Shown piece after piece: positions 42,733 through 53,402 of a stretch of 62,060 bases of DNA. Source of the stretch: Gemmatimonadota bacterium (lineage in GTDB: Bacteria; Gemmatimonadota; Gemmatimonadetes; JACCXV01; JAHWKZ01); NCBI GenBank assembly GCA_046261835.1, contig JBHEOA010000102.1, positions 1 to 62,060 of the forward strand, given 5' to 3'. Below the pieces are notes generated by a model. It searched no databases. It was not told the DNA's origin and saw nothing but the letters and a program-made list of their open reading frames with translations. The translations under genes and the position numbers were made by a program. Position 1 is the stretch's first letter, and each line of letters starts with the position of its first letter.

Positions 42733-45066
42733 GTGACAAAAGTTCGGATCTATGAAGTCGCGCGGCGTTTCGATGTCTCGAGCGATGCGATGGTAAACCT
42801 CCTCCGCGAGATGGGCGTGCCGGTCAAGAACCACATGTCCTCGATCGACGACGAGACCATCGAGAAGGTCCGCGCCAAGTTCGAAGCCGAGAAGGAAGCG
42901 GTGAAGCACGCCGAAGAGGAGAAGAAGAAGCGCCTCGAGGAGGCACGCAGGAAGCGCCGCGTCGTCGACCCGCAGAAGGCCGAGGCGCGCGTGTTCGAGG
43001 AGGCCGCCGCCGTTTCATCGGCTGTCGCCGGACCGCTCGCAGTCGGGAAGGCTGTGGCGCGGGCCGTCTCTGGACAGACGGCCGAAACAGCTGTTCGCGC
43101 CGGCGCGGCCTCGGTGGCGACCGCGCGTCCCGCCGAAGCAGGAGACGGCGTCTCCAGGGGACGCCGCCGTCGCCGCCGTCGCCGCGTGGATCAAGCGGCG
43201 GTCGAGGAGAACATCCGCCGCACCCTGGCCAAGATCGACGCAGGAACGCGCCGCCGTCGGCGCGCGCCCAAGCGCGAGGAGGCCGCGCCGGTGGCCGAAG
43301 CCGAACCGGCCAACGTCCTCAAGGTCACCGAGTTCGTGTCGGTCAGCGAGCTCGCGGATCTAATCGGCGTGCCCGCTACGCAGATCATCGCGTCTTGCAT
43401 GGAGCTCGGCCTCATGGTGACCCTCAACCAGCGGCTCGACTTCGATACGATCAACGTGATCTGTGAGGAGTTCGGCTTCGCCGCTCAGCGTCAGGACGCC
43501 TTCGTCCTGACCGAGCCCGAGGTCGAGGCGGACGAGGGCGAGGGGGTGGCGGTGCGCAACCCGGTGGTCACCGTCATGGGCCATGTCGATCACGGCAAGA
43601 CATCGCTGCTCGACCACATCCGAAAGACCAATGTCATTGCCGGCGAATCGGGCGGGATCACCCAGCACATCGGGGCATACGAGGTGGAGCTCGACGGCGG
43701 TCGACGGATCACGTTCATCGACACGCCCGGCCACATGGCGTTCACCGCTATGCGGGCGCGCGGCGCGCAGGTCACCGACCTGGTGATTCTCGTCGTGGCG
43801 GCCAACGACGGTGTCATGCCGCAGACGGTCGAGGCGATCGATCATGCACGAGCGGCCGGCGTCCCGATCCTCGTAGCGATTAACAAGATCGACCTGCCCG
43901 AGGCGCGCACCGATCGTGTCAAGCAAGACCTGATGAAGCACAAGATCGTGGTCGAGGAATACGGCGGAGACGTTCTGAGCGCCGACGTCAGCGCCAAGAC
44001 GGGTCAGGGAGTCGACGATCTGCTCGAGAAGGTGATGCTTCAAGCCGAGATGCTCGACCTCAAGGCGAATCCGGAACGTCGGGCGCGCGGCGTCGTGCTC
44101 GAGTCGGAGCTTGACAAGGGAATGGGTCCGGTAGCGACCGTGCTGGTCACGGCCGGCACGCTCCGGGTCGGCGATCCGTTCATTTGCGGGCTCTACGACG
44201 GCAAGGTGCGCGCGATGCTCGACGAGCGCGGCCGCAACGTCCTAGAGGCGGGTCCGTCGACGCCAGTGCGCGTGCTCGGCCTGGCCGGAGTCCCCGAGGC
44301 GGGAGACACCTTCGCCGTGCTCGAGGACGACCGTCACACCCGCGACATCGCCCAGAAGCGGCAACGGCTCCAGCGCGAGCAGGGATTCCGCCGGGCCAAG
44401 GAGCCCACCACGCTTGAGGAGCTCTACGAGCAAGTCCAGGCGGGCGAGGTGGGGCGCCTCAACGTCATCCTCAAGGGCGACGTGGGCGGCTCGGTGGAGG
44501 CGCTGGCCGACGAGCTCACCAAGCTCTCGACCGAAGAGGTCAAGGTGGAGGTCATCCACCGCGGCGTCGGCGCCATCACGGAGAACGACGTTCTGCTCGC
44601 AGCAGCCTCGGACGCGATCATTCTCGGTTTCCACGTCCGCCCCGATGCGCGCGCCAGAGCAGCGGCCGAGCGCGCGGGCGTCGACATCCGCACCTATCGC
44701 GTCATCTACGAGGTCGTCGAAGACATCAAGCGCGCGATGGAGGGGCTGTTGGCCCCCGAGGAGCGTGAGGTCGTGCTGGGCTCGGCCCAGGTGCGGGAGA
44801 CGTTCAAGGTCCCTCGCGCCGGCACGGTCGCGGGGTGTTTCGTTGCCGACGGAACGATACCGAGGACGGCCCGCGTGCGAGTCGTCCGCGATGGCGTCGA
44901 GGTATACGAGGGATCGATCGGATCGCTGCGGCGCTTCAAAGAAGACGTGCGCGAGGTTCGTGAAGGCTTCGAGTGCGGGATCTTGGTGGAGGGCTTCAAC
45001 GACGTGAAAGTGGGCGACGTCATCGAGGCGTACAAGATTGAAGAGGTGCAACGCACGCTGGCGTAG
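42733..45066 (+). CDS. infB: Translation initiation factor IF-2
   Basis: [42 protein letters not shown]. Confidence 0.98.
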   Translation: MTKVRIYEVARRFDVSSDAMVNLLREMGVPVKNHMSSIDDETIEKVRAKFEAEKEAVKHAEEEKKKRLEEARRKRRVVDPQKAEARVFEEAAAVSSAVAGPLAVGKAVARAVSGQTAETAVRAGAASVATARPAEAGDGVSRGRRRRRRRRVDQAAVEENIRRTLAKIDAGTRRRRRAPKREEAAPVAEAEPANVLKVTEFVSVSELADLIGVPATQIIASCMELGLMVTLNQRLDFDTINVICEEFGFAAQRQDAFVLTEPEVEADEGEGVAVRNPVVTVMGHVDHGKTSLLDHIRKTNVIAGESGGITQHIGAYEVELDGGRRITFIDTPGHMAFTAMRARGAQVTDLVILVVAANDGVMPQTVEAIDHARAAGVPILVAINKIDLPEARTDRVKQDLMKHKIVVEEYGGDVLSADVSAKTGQGVDDLLEKVMLQAEMLDLKANPERRARGVVLESELDKGMGPVATVLVTAGTLRVGDPFICGLYDGKVRAMLDERGRNVLEAGPSTPVRVLGLAGVPEAGDTFAVLEDDRHTRDIAQKRQRLQREQGFRRAKEPTTLEELYEQVQAGEVGRLNVILKGDVGGSVEALADELTKLSTEEVKVEVIHRGVGAITENDVLLAAASDAIILGFHVRPDARARAAAERAGVDIRTYRVIYEVVEDIKRAMEGLLAPEEREVVLGSAQVRETFKVPRAGTVAGCFVADGTIPRTARVRVVRDGVEVYEGSIGSLRRFKEDVREVREGFECGILVEGFNDVKVGDVIEAYKIEEVQRTLA

Positions 45067-45093
45067 CTCGTCTCCCGGTTGACATCTGCGGCT

Positions 45094-45231
45094 TCTCGTG
45101 TCGGGGGAAGCCCTCGAGGAGAAACCCGGGCCGGGATCCTTCGTCGTGACGAGCCGGCAAGCCTCAACAGCGGCTCGCCCGGCCGGTTGTTCACACAGAA
45201 TTTCTCCTCGAGGGCGTCCCCCGACACGAGA
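45094..45231. repeat. 31-bp inverted repeat (30/31) enclosing a 76-nt structured spacer
   Basis: TCTCGTGTCGGGGGAAGCCCTCGAGGAGAAA (45094-45124) vs TTTCTCCTCGAGGGCGTCCCCCGACACGAGA (45201-45231). Confidence 0.9.
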
Positions 45232-45267
45232 GGTCTCACGAACTAACCCGCAACGTTCCACGCCACG

Positions 45268-45552
45268 ATGCCCATCGTCGGACTACGAATCTTCGAGATC
45301 CTGATTCACGGCTCTCATTCTCTCAAGGAGAAGCGGTTCGTCCTGCGCAGCGTCAAGGATCGTATCGCCAACCGCTTCAACGTCTCGATCGCTGAGACCG
45401 ATCATCAGGACAAATGGCAGCGCGCACAGCTTTCGGTGGCTGCGGTCGCGGGCGACCGCCTCGGCGTGGAGAAGGCGCTTGACGCCGTGCGCGAGCTGCT
45501 CGACCGGGAGCCCGAGTTGAGCGTGGTCGACATCCAGACCGAGATCGGTTAG
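45268..45552 (+). CDS. DUF503 (YlxP) protein
   Basis: SHSLKEKR, RFNVSIAE...QDKWQ; position before rbfA. Confidence 0.88.
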   Translation: MPIVGLRIFEILIHGSHSLKEKRFVLRSVKDRIANRFNVSIAETDHQDKWQRAQLSVAAVAGDRLGVEKALDAVRELLDREPELSVVDIQTEIG

Positions 45553-45595
45553 CCCGCAACGAACCAGTATCCCACCCGTCTACCGGAGGGAGGCG

Positions 45596-45994
45596 ATGAG
45601 CCATCGTTATCGGCGCACCGAACGCGTGGAGGAGCTCCTCAAGCAGGAGATCGCGCGCATCGTGCGTGAGGAGGTGAAGGACCCGCGGGTCGGGTTCGCC
45701 ACCGTGATGCGTCTCGCGGTCAGCCCCGATCTTCGTCACGCCCGCGTGTTCGTCAGCGTGCTCGGAAGCGAGGAAGAGAAGGTAGCGACCCTGGACGCCT
45801 TGCGTCGCGCCAGCGGCTTCATCCGCGCTCGTGTCGGCGACGAGGTGACACTGAAGTACTTGCCCGAGCTCAAGTTCGAAATCGATCGCTCGCTCGAGCG
45901 CGTTGCCCGGATCGAAGCGCTGATCGAGGAAGCCCGCCCCGACCCTCCGAACGAGCTCCCGTCGGACGACGAGCCCCAAACCGAGGAGCGCTGA
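45596..45994 (+). CDS. rbfA: Ribosome-binding factor A
   Basis: R..RV.E, KDPR, VSPDL.HA.VFVS, PEL.F..D.S. Confidence 0.94.
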   Translation: MSHRYRRTERVEELLKQEIARIVREEVKDPRVGFATVMRLAVSPDLRHARVFVSVLGSEEEKVATLDALRRASGFIRARVGDEVTLKYLPELKFEIDRSLERVARIEALIEEARPDPPNELPSDDEPQTEER

Positions 45995-45998
45995 TTCG

Positions 45999-46895
45999 GT
46001 GGTCGGCATTCTCCTTCTCGACAAGCCAACCGGCCCGACGAGCCACGACGCAGTGGTCCGGGTCCGACGATCAGCCGGTGTACGACGGGTCGGTCACTTC
46101 GGCACCCTCGATCCCTTTGCCAGCGGGCTCCTCGTCCTCGGGATCGGCGCGGCCACCCGGCTCGCTCCGTACGCATCATGCCACACAAAGACCTACCGAG
46201 CGGCGGTGTGTCTCGGCGCCCGCAGCACGACCGACGACCCTGAGGGGGAGATCGAACCGGTTGCGGTCGTCGCCCCACCGGACCGCGATGCCGTCGAGGC
46301 GGCCTGCATGCGCTGGTTGGGAGCCCTCGAGCAGGTACCGCCGGCCTACTCCGCGAAGCACGTGGCTGGCGAACGGGCCTACGCCCGCGCCCGTGCCGGC
46401 GAAGCGGTCAGCCTCCCCCCGGATCGGGTGACGATCGAGCGGATCGAGATCCTCCACTACGAATGGCCGGTGCTCGAGATCGAGGTCGTCTGCGGACCGG
46501 GCACGTACATCCGGGCCCTGGCGCGTGACCTGGGGGAGGATCTGGAGACGGGGGGCTACTGTGCCGCGTTGCGGCGCATCCGTTCGGGCCCCTTCGTCGT
46601 CGACGAAGCTTTGGCCTGGTCGGCGCTCGAGGAGTCGAATCGGATCCGTGCGGCGGTGCGGCCGGCCGAGAGCGCGGTCGCGGACCTCCGCCTCATCCGC
46701 CTGGACGCGGTCCAGGCACGCGCCGCGGGGCAGGGCCGCGCCGTACCAGCGCCGGGAGAGTGGCGGGCGCAGGGCTCGGTGCGACTCACGGGGCCGGCAG
46801 GGTTCATCGGGGTGGGCGCGGTCCGTCCGGGGTCTGGAGATCCGTGGGTCCAGCCGCGCACGGTGCTCTTCCCGATGGGCGAGCGTGCTCGGTGA
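45999..46895 (+). CDS. truB: tRNA pseudouridine(55) synthase
   Basis: DKP.G.TSHD, GHFGTLDPFASG, PPAYSA, GTYIRALARD. Confidence 0.94.
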   Translation: MVGILLLDKPTGPTSHDAVVRVRRSAGVRRVGHFGTLDPFASGLLVLGIGAATRLAPYASCHTKTYRAAVCLGARSTTDDPEGEIEPVAVVAPPDRDAVEAACMRWLGALEQVPPAYSAKHVAGERAYARARAGEAVSLPPDRVTIERIEILHYEWPVLEIEVVCGPGTYIRALARDLGEDLETGGYCAALRRIRSGPFVVDEALAWSALEESNRIRAAVRPAESAVADLRLIRLDAVQARAAGQGRAVPAPGEWRAQGSVRLTGPAGFIGVGAVRPGSGDPWVQPRTVLFPMGERAR

Positions 46896-47854
46896 CGCCC
46901 GCCGCGCCCATCCCGATCACACGCCGCACGACCGTCACGGTAGGCACGTTCGACGGCGTTCATCGCGGTCATCACGCGGTTCTCGAGGAGATCGTCGCGC
47001 GCGCACGCGCGGCGGACCGCGCAGCCGTGCTCGTGACGTTCGAGCCTCATCCTCTCGCGATCGTCGCGCCCGAGCGCGCGCCGTGTCTCCTGACCACGGC
47101 CGACGAGAAGCGGCTCTTGTGGCCGCTCTTCGAGCTCGACTACGTCGATGTGCTGCCGTTCACCGAGTCGCTGCGCCAGATGAGCCCGGAGACCTTCGTC
47201 CGAAGGGTCCTCATCGATCGGTGGCGGGTCGGCGAGCTCGTGATCGGCTACGACCACGGCTTCGGTAAGGATCGCTCGGGCGATGTCGAGACGCTCGCCC
47301 GGATCGGCGCCGCAGAAGGCTTCGCGGTCGACGTGGTCGGACCGGTCTCGTCAGACGATGGCGACACGGCGATCTCCTCGAGCGCGGTGCGGCGCGCGGT
47401 GGCCGAGGCTGACTTCGACGCCGCCGAACGGGGGCTCGGTCGTCCCTACGCGGCGCTGGGCGAGGTCGTGCGCGGGACCGGACGTGGGAGGGAGATCGGC
47501 TTTCCCACCGCCAACGTGGCCATTCCGGAGAACAAATGCCTGCCGCCGGACGGTGTCTACGCGGTGCGCGTCGAGCACGAGGGCATCACGTGGGATGGAA
47601 TGGCGAACCTGGGACCCCGCCCGACGTTCGGCGAGGAGGGTCGCCGGCTCGAGGTCCATCTGCTCGACTGGGGCGGCGAGCCGCTGTACGGGGCACGACC
47701 ACTCGTCGCATTCGGCGCCCGTCTGCGCGACGTCCGCCGCTTCGCCGACGCGCGTGCCCTGGCCGGCCAGCTCGAACGGGACCGGGAGCTCGCCCGCGAG
47801 GCGCTGGTGCGACGCCCTCCCGTCAGCGCTGCGCGCCTGGCCGGCTCCGGGTAA
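46892..47854 (+). CDS. ribF: Bifunctional riboflavin kinase/FAD synthetase
   Basis: [31 protein letters not shown]. Confidence 0.94.
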   Translation: MTPAAPIPITRRTTVTVGTFDGVHRGHHAVLEEIVARARAADRAAVLVTFEPHPLAIVAPERAPCLLTTADEKRLLWPLFELDYVDVLPFTESLRQMSPETFVRRVLIDRWRVGELVIGYDHGFGKDRSGDVETLARIGAAEGFAVDVVGPVSSDDGDTAISSSAVRRAVAEADFDAAERGLGRPYAALGEVVRGTGRGREIGFPTANVAIPENKCLPPDGVYAVRVEHEGITWDGMANLGPRPTFGEEGRRLEVHLLDWGGEPLYGARPLVAFGARLRDVRRFADARALAGQLERDRELAREALVRRPPVSAARLAGSG

Positions 47855-47939
47855 GTCGTCTATCTTTATCGAGTTGCAGATCGCACGAGTACCCACGAAC
47901 CATGTCCATAGTTTCCTGTCCGAGAGGACCACTCCTTCG

Positions 47940-48209
47940 ATGGCGATCGATTCTACACAGAAGACCGAGGTGGTCCGGGAGTTCCGCCTCGACGAGAACG
48001 ACACCGGTTCGGCGCAGGTCCAGATCGCGTTATTGACCCAGCGGATCAACGACCTCACCGAGCATTTTCGCCTGCACCCCAAGGATCACCACAGCCGGCG
48101 CGGGCTTCTCAAGATGGTCGGCCGGCGTCGCCGTCTTCTCGATTACCTGAAGCGGACGGACGTCGAGGAGTACCGGCGGATCCTGGAGGCGCTCAACCTC
48201 CGCAAGTAG
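47940..48209 (+). CDS. rpsO: 30S ribosomal protein S15
   Basis: 89 aa; [31 protein letters not shown]. Confidence 0.97.
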   Translation: MAIDSTQKTEVVREFRLDENDTGSAQVQIALLTQRINDLTEHFRLHPKDHHSRRGLLKMVGRRRRLLDYLKRTDVEEYRRILEALNLRK

Positions 48210-48421
48210 CGGGAGGCTTCCGCGGCGCGTGCCGTCGGAGCAGACCGAAGAGCTGGAACCGCACGCTTTCGGCGTGAGATGTACGCGGCGCTCTCTCCTC
48301 TGGAACGCCCCGCATATCTTGCGCGGAACCCGCTGCGCGATCCCGCCCCGGTCGCTACCTGACGAACCCGCCCTCTTGTGAACCACGAGGCCGCTTCACG
48401 CGGCCCAGTCAGGAAGAGACC

Positions 48422-50671
48422 ATGATCAAGCAGAAGCGCATTCTCGTGGGAGAGACACCGCTCGTCATCGAGACCGGCAAGATGGCTCGTCTCGCCGGCG
48501 GGGCGGTGACCGTCCAGTATGGTGAGACGATCGTGCTGTGCACCGCCACCGCGAGTCCGCGGGCCGACGAAAGTCGCGACTACTTCCCGCTATTCGTCGA
48601 GTACCGAGAGAAGATGTACTCGGCGGGCAAGATCCCGGGCGGATTCTTTCGACGAGAAGGCCGGCCCGGGGAGAAGGAAACACTCTCGGCCCGCCTCATC
48701 GACCGCCCCGCCCGTCCGCTCTTTCCCGAAGGCTACATGCACGAAACCCAGGTGGTCTGTCAGGTGCTCTCGTACGACAGCACGTACGATCCCGATGTCC
48801 TGGGGATCGTCGGCTGCGGCGCCGCGCTGTCGATCAGCGGGATCCCGTTTCATGGCCCGATAGCCGGCGTGCGCGTGGCCCTCGTCGAGGGTGAGTACGT
48901 CATCAACCCCTCGTTCGAGCAGCTCGAGCAGAGCCCGCTCGACGTCGTCGTCGCCGGCAGCGCCGACTCGGTCAACATGGTCGAGGGATCGGCCAGGGAG
49001 GTCTCCGAACAGGATCTGCTTGGAGCGTTGCGTGCCGGACAGGAGGCTATCGCTCGAATCTGCGCCGTCGTCCAGGAGCTCAAGGACGAGGTCGGCAAGC
49101 CGGAGATGGAATGGTCGCCGCCGCCGGTCGACGTGGAGCTCGTGGATCGTGTTCGCGAGCGCGTCATGGCCGACGTCCAGGCGGCGATGAAGATCGCCGA
49201 CAAGGAGGAGCGCAACCGCGCCCTCGACACCATTCGCGAGCGAACGCTCGAGAAGTTCCAGACCGACCTGGGTGATGGCTTCGCCGTGAAGAAGAACGCC
49301 CTCCGGCGCGCGATAGAGGATGTCGAGTACGACGTCATGCGCGCCCAGATCCTGGATAACGGCGCCCGCGCCGACGGCCGGGGCACCAAGGATATTCGCC
49401 CCATCGACATCGAGGTGGGAGTGCTCCCACGCACGCATGGCTCCGCTCTGTTCACCCGCGGAAGCACCCAGTCGCTCGGCGTTGTCACGCTCGGCACCCG
49501 GCAGGACCAGCAACTGATCGACGACCTCGATCCCAAGTGGGACAAAGTGTTCATGCTGCACTACAACTTCCCGCCGTTTTCAGTCGGGGAGGTGGGCCGC
49601 TTCGGGGGTACGGGTCGACGCGAGATCGGTCACGGTGCCCTCGCCGAACGCTCACTCAAGGCGATGCTGCCACCCCACGAGGAGTTCCCCTACACCATCC
49701 GCATCGTCTCCGACATCCTGGAGTCGAACGGCTCGTCGTCCATGGCCTCGGTCTGCTCCGGGTCGCTCGCCCTCATGGACGCCGGGGTGCCGGTCGAGAA
49801 GCCGTCCGCTGGTATCGCCATGGGTCTGGTCAAGGAAGGCGATCGCGTCGCCGTCCTCTCCGACATCCTCGGGATCGAGGACGCTCTCGGTGACATGGAC
49901 TTCAAGGTCGCCGGGACGCGAGAGGGGATCACCGGCTTCCAGATGGACATCAAGATCAAGGGCGTGTCGTTCGACATCCTCGAGCGCGCACTGGCCCAGG
50001 CCCGTGAGGGTCGCCTGCACATCCTCGACGTCATGGGCCGCGCTCTCGCCGGCCCGCGGACCGCGCTCAGCCGCTACGCTCCGCGCATCATCTCGATCAA
50101 GGTTCCCAGAGAGAAGATTCGCGAGATCATCGGCACCGGTGGAAAGGTGATCCGCGGGCTTCAGGAGGAGACCGGCGCCAAGATCGACATCGACGATGAC
50201 GGTCTCGTCATGATCGCGTCGGTGGATGGTGAGGCGGGAGAAGAGGCGCGCCGCCGCATCGAGCGCATCATCGAGGAACCGGAGATCGGCCGGATCTACG
50301 AGGGTCCGGTGAAGTCGATCACGACGTTCGGCGCCTTCGTCGAGATCCTGCCGGGCCGGGATGGGCTGGTCCACATCTCCGAGCTCGAATGGCGGCGGGT
50401 CGAGCGCGTCGAGGATATCGTCCGCGAGGGCGAGATCATGCGCGTCAAGCTGATCGGCGTCGACAACCAGGGACGCATCAAGCTGTCGCGCAAAGCACTG
50501 CTCGATAAGCCCGAAGGGTATGTCGAGCCTGAGCCTCGCGAGAGGAGTGAGCGGCCGGAACGTGCCGGCGTCGGCGGCGGCGAGCGCCCTCGAGGAGGTC
50601 GCGGTGGTCGCGGTCGGGGTGATCGAGGCGACCGTGGTGGCGATCGAGGCGACCGGGGAGGCCGTCGCTAA
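48422..50671 (+). CDS. pnp: Polyribonucleotide nucleotidyltransferase
   Basis: [46 protein letters not shown]; KH and S1 domains; RG-rich tail. Confidence 0.98.
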   Translation: MIKQKRILVGETPLVIETGKMARLAGGAVTVQYGETIVLCTATASPRADESRDYFPLFVEYREKMYSAGKIPGGFFRREGRPGEKETLSARLIDRPARPLFPEGYMHETQVVCQVLSYDSTYDPDVLGIVGCGAALSISGIPFHGPIAGVRVALVEGEYVINPSFEQLEQSPLDVVVAGSADSVNMVEGSAREVSEQDLLGALRAGQEAIARICAVVQELKDEVGKPEMEWSPPPVDVELVDRVRERVMADVQAAMKIADKEERNRALDTIRERTLEKFQTDLGDGFAVKKNALRRAIEDVEYDVMRAQILDNGARADGRGTKDIRPIDIEVGVLPRTHGSALFTRGSTQSLGVVTLGTRQDQQLIDDLDPKWDKVFMLHYNFPPFSVGEVGRFGGTGRREIGHGALAERSLKAMLPPHEEFPYTIRIVSDILESNGSSSMASVCSGSLALMDAGVPVEKPSAGIAMGLVKEGDRVAVLSDILGIEDALGDMDFKVAGTREGITGFQMDIKIKGVSFDILERALAQAREGRLHILDVMGRALAGPRTALSRYAPRIISIKVPREKIREIIGTGGKVIRGLQEETGAKIDIDDDGLVMIASVDGEAGEEARRRIERIIEEPEIGRIYEGPVKSITTFGAFVEILPGRDGLVHISELEWRRVERVEDIVREGEIMRVKLIGVDNQGRIKLSRKALLDKPEGYVEPEPRERSERPERAGVGGGERPRGGRGGRGRGDRGDRGGDRGDRGGRR

Positions 50672-50699
50672 CCCCGCAGGGGAAACAGGGAAGGATCGA

Positions 50700-51809
50700 A
50701 TGCGGATCGGGGTACCGCGCGAGATCAAGACCAACGAGTTCCGGGTCGCGCTTCGTCCCGTCGGGACCGAGCTCCTCAGCCGTGACGGCCACGAGGTTTT
50801 GATCGAGCACCGCGCCGGGGAGGGATCAGGCTTCCCCGACGAGGCGTACGAGCAGGCCGGGGCGACGATCGTCGACTCCTCCGAGCGGATCTTCGCCGAC
50901 TCCGAAATGGTCCTCAAGGTGAAGGAGCCGCTGACCGCGGAGATCGAGCGCATCCGGTCGGGGCAGATCGTCTTCACCTACTTCCACTTCGCGGCCAGTC
51001 GTGAGCTGACCGAAGGGTTCCTCCACAGCCGCGCCGTGGCCGTGGCCTACGAGACGGTCGAGGAGAACGGGACCTTGCCGCTCCTGGTGCCGATGAGCGA
51101 GGTCGCGGGTCGGATGGCGGTTCAGGAGGGCGCCAAGTATTTGGAGAAGCTCTCCGGTGGCCGCGGGATCCTGCTGGGCGGCGTGCCAGGGACGCCTCCG
51201 GCGGAGGTCGTGATCCTTGGCGGAGGTGTCGTCGGCACCCACGCCGCCAAGATGGCGGCGGGTCTCGCCGCTCACGTCACGATCCTCGACATTTCGCTCG
51301 ATCGTTTGCGCTACCTCGAGGACGTAATGCCTGCCAACGTCGACTGCCTCTTCAGCGATCCCCATACGATCCGCGAGATGGCTTCGCGCGCCGACCTGTT
51401 GATCGGGGCGATCCTCCTGCCCGGCCGTAAGGCTCCCCACCTCGTTACGCGTGCGGACCTCAAGCGGATGAAAGAGGGAGCGGTCATCGTCGACGTGGCG
51501 GTCGACCAGGGAGGGTGCATCGAAACTGCGCGGCCGACGACCCATGAGGACCCGGTATACGTGGTCGACGGTGTGGTCCACTACTGCGTGGCGAACATGC
51601 CGGGGGCAGTGCCGCGCACGTCCACGATCGCCCTCACGAATGCGACTCTACCGTACGCTCGCCGGCTGGCGACCTACGGCTGGAAAGAGGCGTGTCGACG
51701 GGACCCGGCTCTGATGCGCGGGCTCAACATCGTTGACGGAAACGTCACCCATCCCGGTGTTGCCGCGGCATTCGACCTCGAGCATCGCGATCCTCACGAC
51801 TTCGTGTGA
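50700..51809 (+). CDS. ald: Alanine dehydrogenase
   Basis: IGVPREIK.NE.RV, KVKEP, PMSEVAGR, GGGVVG, DVAVDQGG, VANMPG. Confidence 0.95.
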   Translation: MRIGVPREIKTNEFRVALRPVGTELLSRDGHEVLIEHRAGEGSGFPDEAYEQAGATIVDSSERIFADSEMVLKVKEPLTAEIERIRSGQIVFTYFHFAASRELTEGFLHSRAVAVAYETVEENGTLPLLVPMSEVAGRMAVQEGAKYLEKLSGGRGILLGGVPGTPPAEVVILGGGVVGTHAAKMAAGLAAHVTILDISLDRLRYLEDVMPANVDCLFSDPHTIREMASRADLLIGAILLPGRKAPHLVTRADLKRMKEGAVIVDVAVDQGGCIETARPTTHEDPVYVVDGVVHYCVANMPGAVPRTSTIALTNATLPYARRLATYGWKEACRRDPALMRGLNIVDGNVTHPGVAAAFDLEHRDPHDFV

Positions 51810-51822
51810 GACTTGACTTCGT

Positions 51823-52287
51823 TTGACTGACGCCGCGACCCCGAGCCCTCGTTCGACCCAGCTGGCGTTCGCCCGCGTCGGGGAACACCGTATGCCGCTT
51901 CCCGAGTACGCGTCCGACGGCGCGGCGGGGCTCGACCTCATGGCTGCCGAGCCGCAACGAATCCTTCCCGGGGAGCGGCGGCTGGTTCGCACGGGCTTCT
52001 CGATCGCCCTGCCTCCCGGATGTGAGGGCCAGATCCGGCCACGCTCGGGCCTCGCGGCGCGTGTCGGCCTGACGGTGCTCAACGCTCCCGGCACGATCGA
52101 TCCAGACTATCGGGGCGAGATCAAGGTGTTGCTGGTCAACCTCGGTTCGGAGCCGGTCGACATCGAGCCTGGCGATCGAATCGCTCAGCTCGTGGTTGCC
52201 CCGTTCGGCAAAGTTACCGCCGTCGAGGTGACGATGCTGCCCGACACGAGCCGTGGCGCAGGTGGCTTCGGTTCGACAGGACGGTGA
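51823..52287 (+). CDS. dut: dUTP diphosphatase
   Basis: AAGLDL, RSGLA, GTIDPDYRGE, RIAQ, RG.GGFGSTG. The TTG start is uncertain. Confidence 0.95.
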   Translation: MTDAATPSPRSTQLAFARVGEHRMPLPEYASDGAAGLDLMAAEPQRILPGERRLVRTGFSIALPPGCEGQIRPRSGLAARVGLTVLNAPGTIDPDYRGEIKVLLVNLGSEPVDIEPGDRIAQLVVAPFGKVTAVEVTMLPDTSRGAGGFGSTGR

Positions 52288-52288
52288 A

Positions 52289-53356
52289 ATGCGATCGCTG
52301 TTCGATCTCCTGATTCGACGCGGGACGAACTCGGGCCACTTCCTCTCGAGCGAGATCTCGGTCGATCTCGGTACCGCCAACACACTCATCTACGTCAAGG
52401 GGCGCGGCATCGTGCTCAACGAGCCGTCGGTCGTAGCCCTCGACCGGGACTCGCGCGAGATCCTCGCAGTCGGACTCGAGGCCAAGCGGATGCTCGGGAG
52501 AACACCCGCGGGGATCATCGCCGTGCGGCCGCTCAAGGACGGCGTGATCGCCGACTTCGAGGTCACCGAGAGGATGTTGCGCGACTTCCTGTCGCGCGTT
52601 CTGCGCCACCGCTTCATGCCCGTGCGTCCGAAGGTGTTGATCTCCGTGCCCAGCGGGATCACCGAAGTCGAGAAGCGGGCCGTGCGCGACAGCGCCGAGT
52701 CGGCCGGCGCCAAGGAGGTATATCTGGTGGCCGAGCCGATGGCGGCGGCGATCGGCGTGGGGTTGCCGGTCGAGACACCGACCGGGAACATGGTCATCGA
52801 CATCGGCGGCGGGACGACCGAGATCGCCGTCATCGCGCTCAGCGGGATCGTGGCCGACACCTCCATTCGGGTCGGCGGCGACGAGATCGACGAGGCGATC
52901 GTCCAGTTCCTGAAGAAGAGCTACAACCTCCTGATCGGCGAGGCGACCGCCGAGCAGGTCAAGATGATGATCGGCTCGGCGTATCCGACGGACGACGGTG
53001 ACGAGGAGATGGAGGTCAAGGGACGCGACATCGTCTCCGGCATTCCCAAGACGGTGCGCATCAGCTCGACCGAAGTGCGCGAGGCGATCCAGGAACCAGT
53101 CGCGGCGGTAGTCGACGCGGTGCGGCAGGCGTTGGAGCGCACGCCTCCGGAGCTTGCCAGCGATATCGTCGATCGCGGGATCGTGATGACGGGAGGCGGC
53201 GCCTTACTCAAGGGGCTCGATCAGTTACTGCGCGAGAACACCAATCTGCCGATCAACGTGGACGAGGAGCCGTTGACCTGCGTGGTACGCGGGACCGGAC
53301 GGATCCTGGATGATCCGGACAAGTACCGCAACGTCCTCTCTCTCTCCCGCAGGTAG
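52289..53356 (+). CDS. mreB: Rod shape-determining protein MreB
   Basis: DLGTANT, EPMAAAIG, DIGGGTT, TGGGALL. Confidence 0.97.
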   Translation: MRSLFDLLIRRGTNSGHFLSSEISVDLGTANTLIYVKGRGIVLNEPSVVALDRDSREILAVGLEAKRMLGRTPAGIIAVRPLKDGVIADFEVTERMLRDFLSRVLRHRFMPVRPKVLISVPSGITEVEKRAVRDSAESAGAKEVYLVAEPMAAAIGVGLPVETPTGNMVIDIGGGTTEIAVIALSGIVADTSIRVGGDEIDEAIVQFLKKSYNLLIGEATAEQVKMMIGSAYPTDDGDEEMEVKGRDIVSGIPKTVRISSTEVREAIQEPVAAVVDAVRQALERTPPELASDIVDRGIVMTGGGALLKGLDQLLRENTNLPINVDEEPLTCVVRGTGRILDDPDKYRNVLSLSRR

Positions 53357-53402
53357 CGATCCGGTGAAGATGGGTCACGTCGGCTTCCCCTCTCGGTGAA
53401 AG

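Noticed and set aside
30737-45231. Intergenic fold-backs (17437, 30737, 45094, 58492) as one REP/MITE family
   Set aside because: They share architecture but no recognisable sequence with each other, so they are reported separately.
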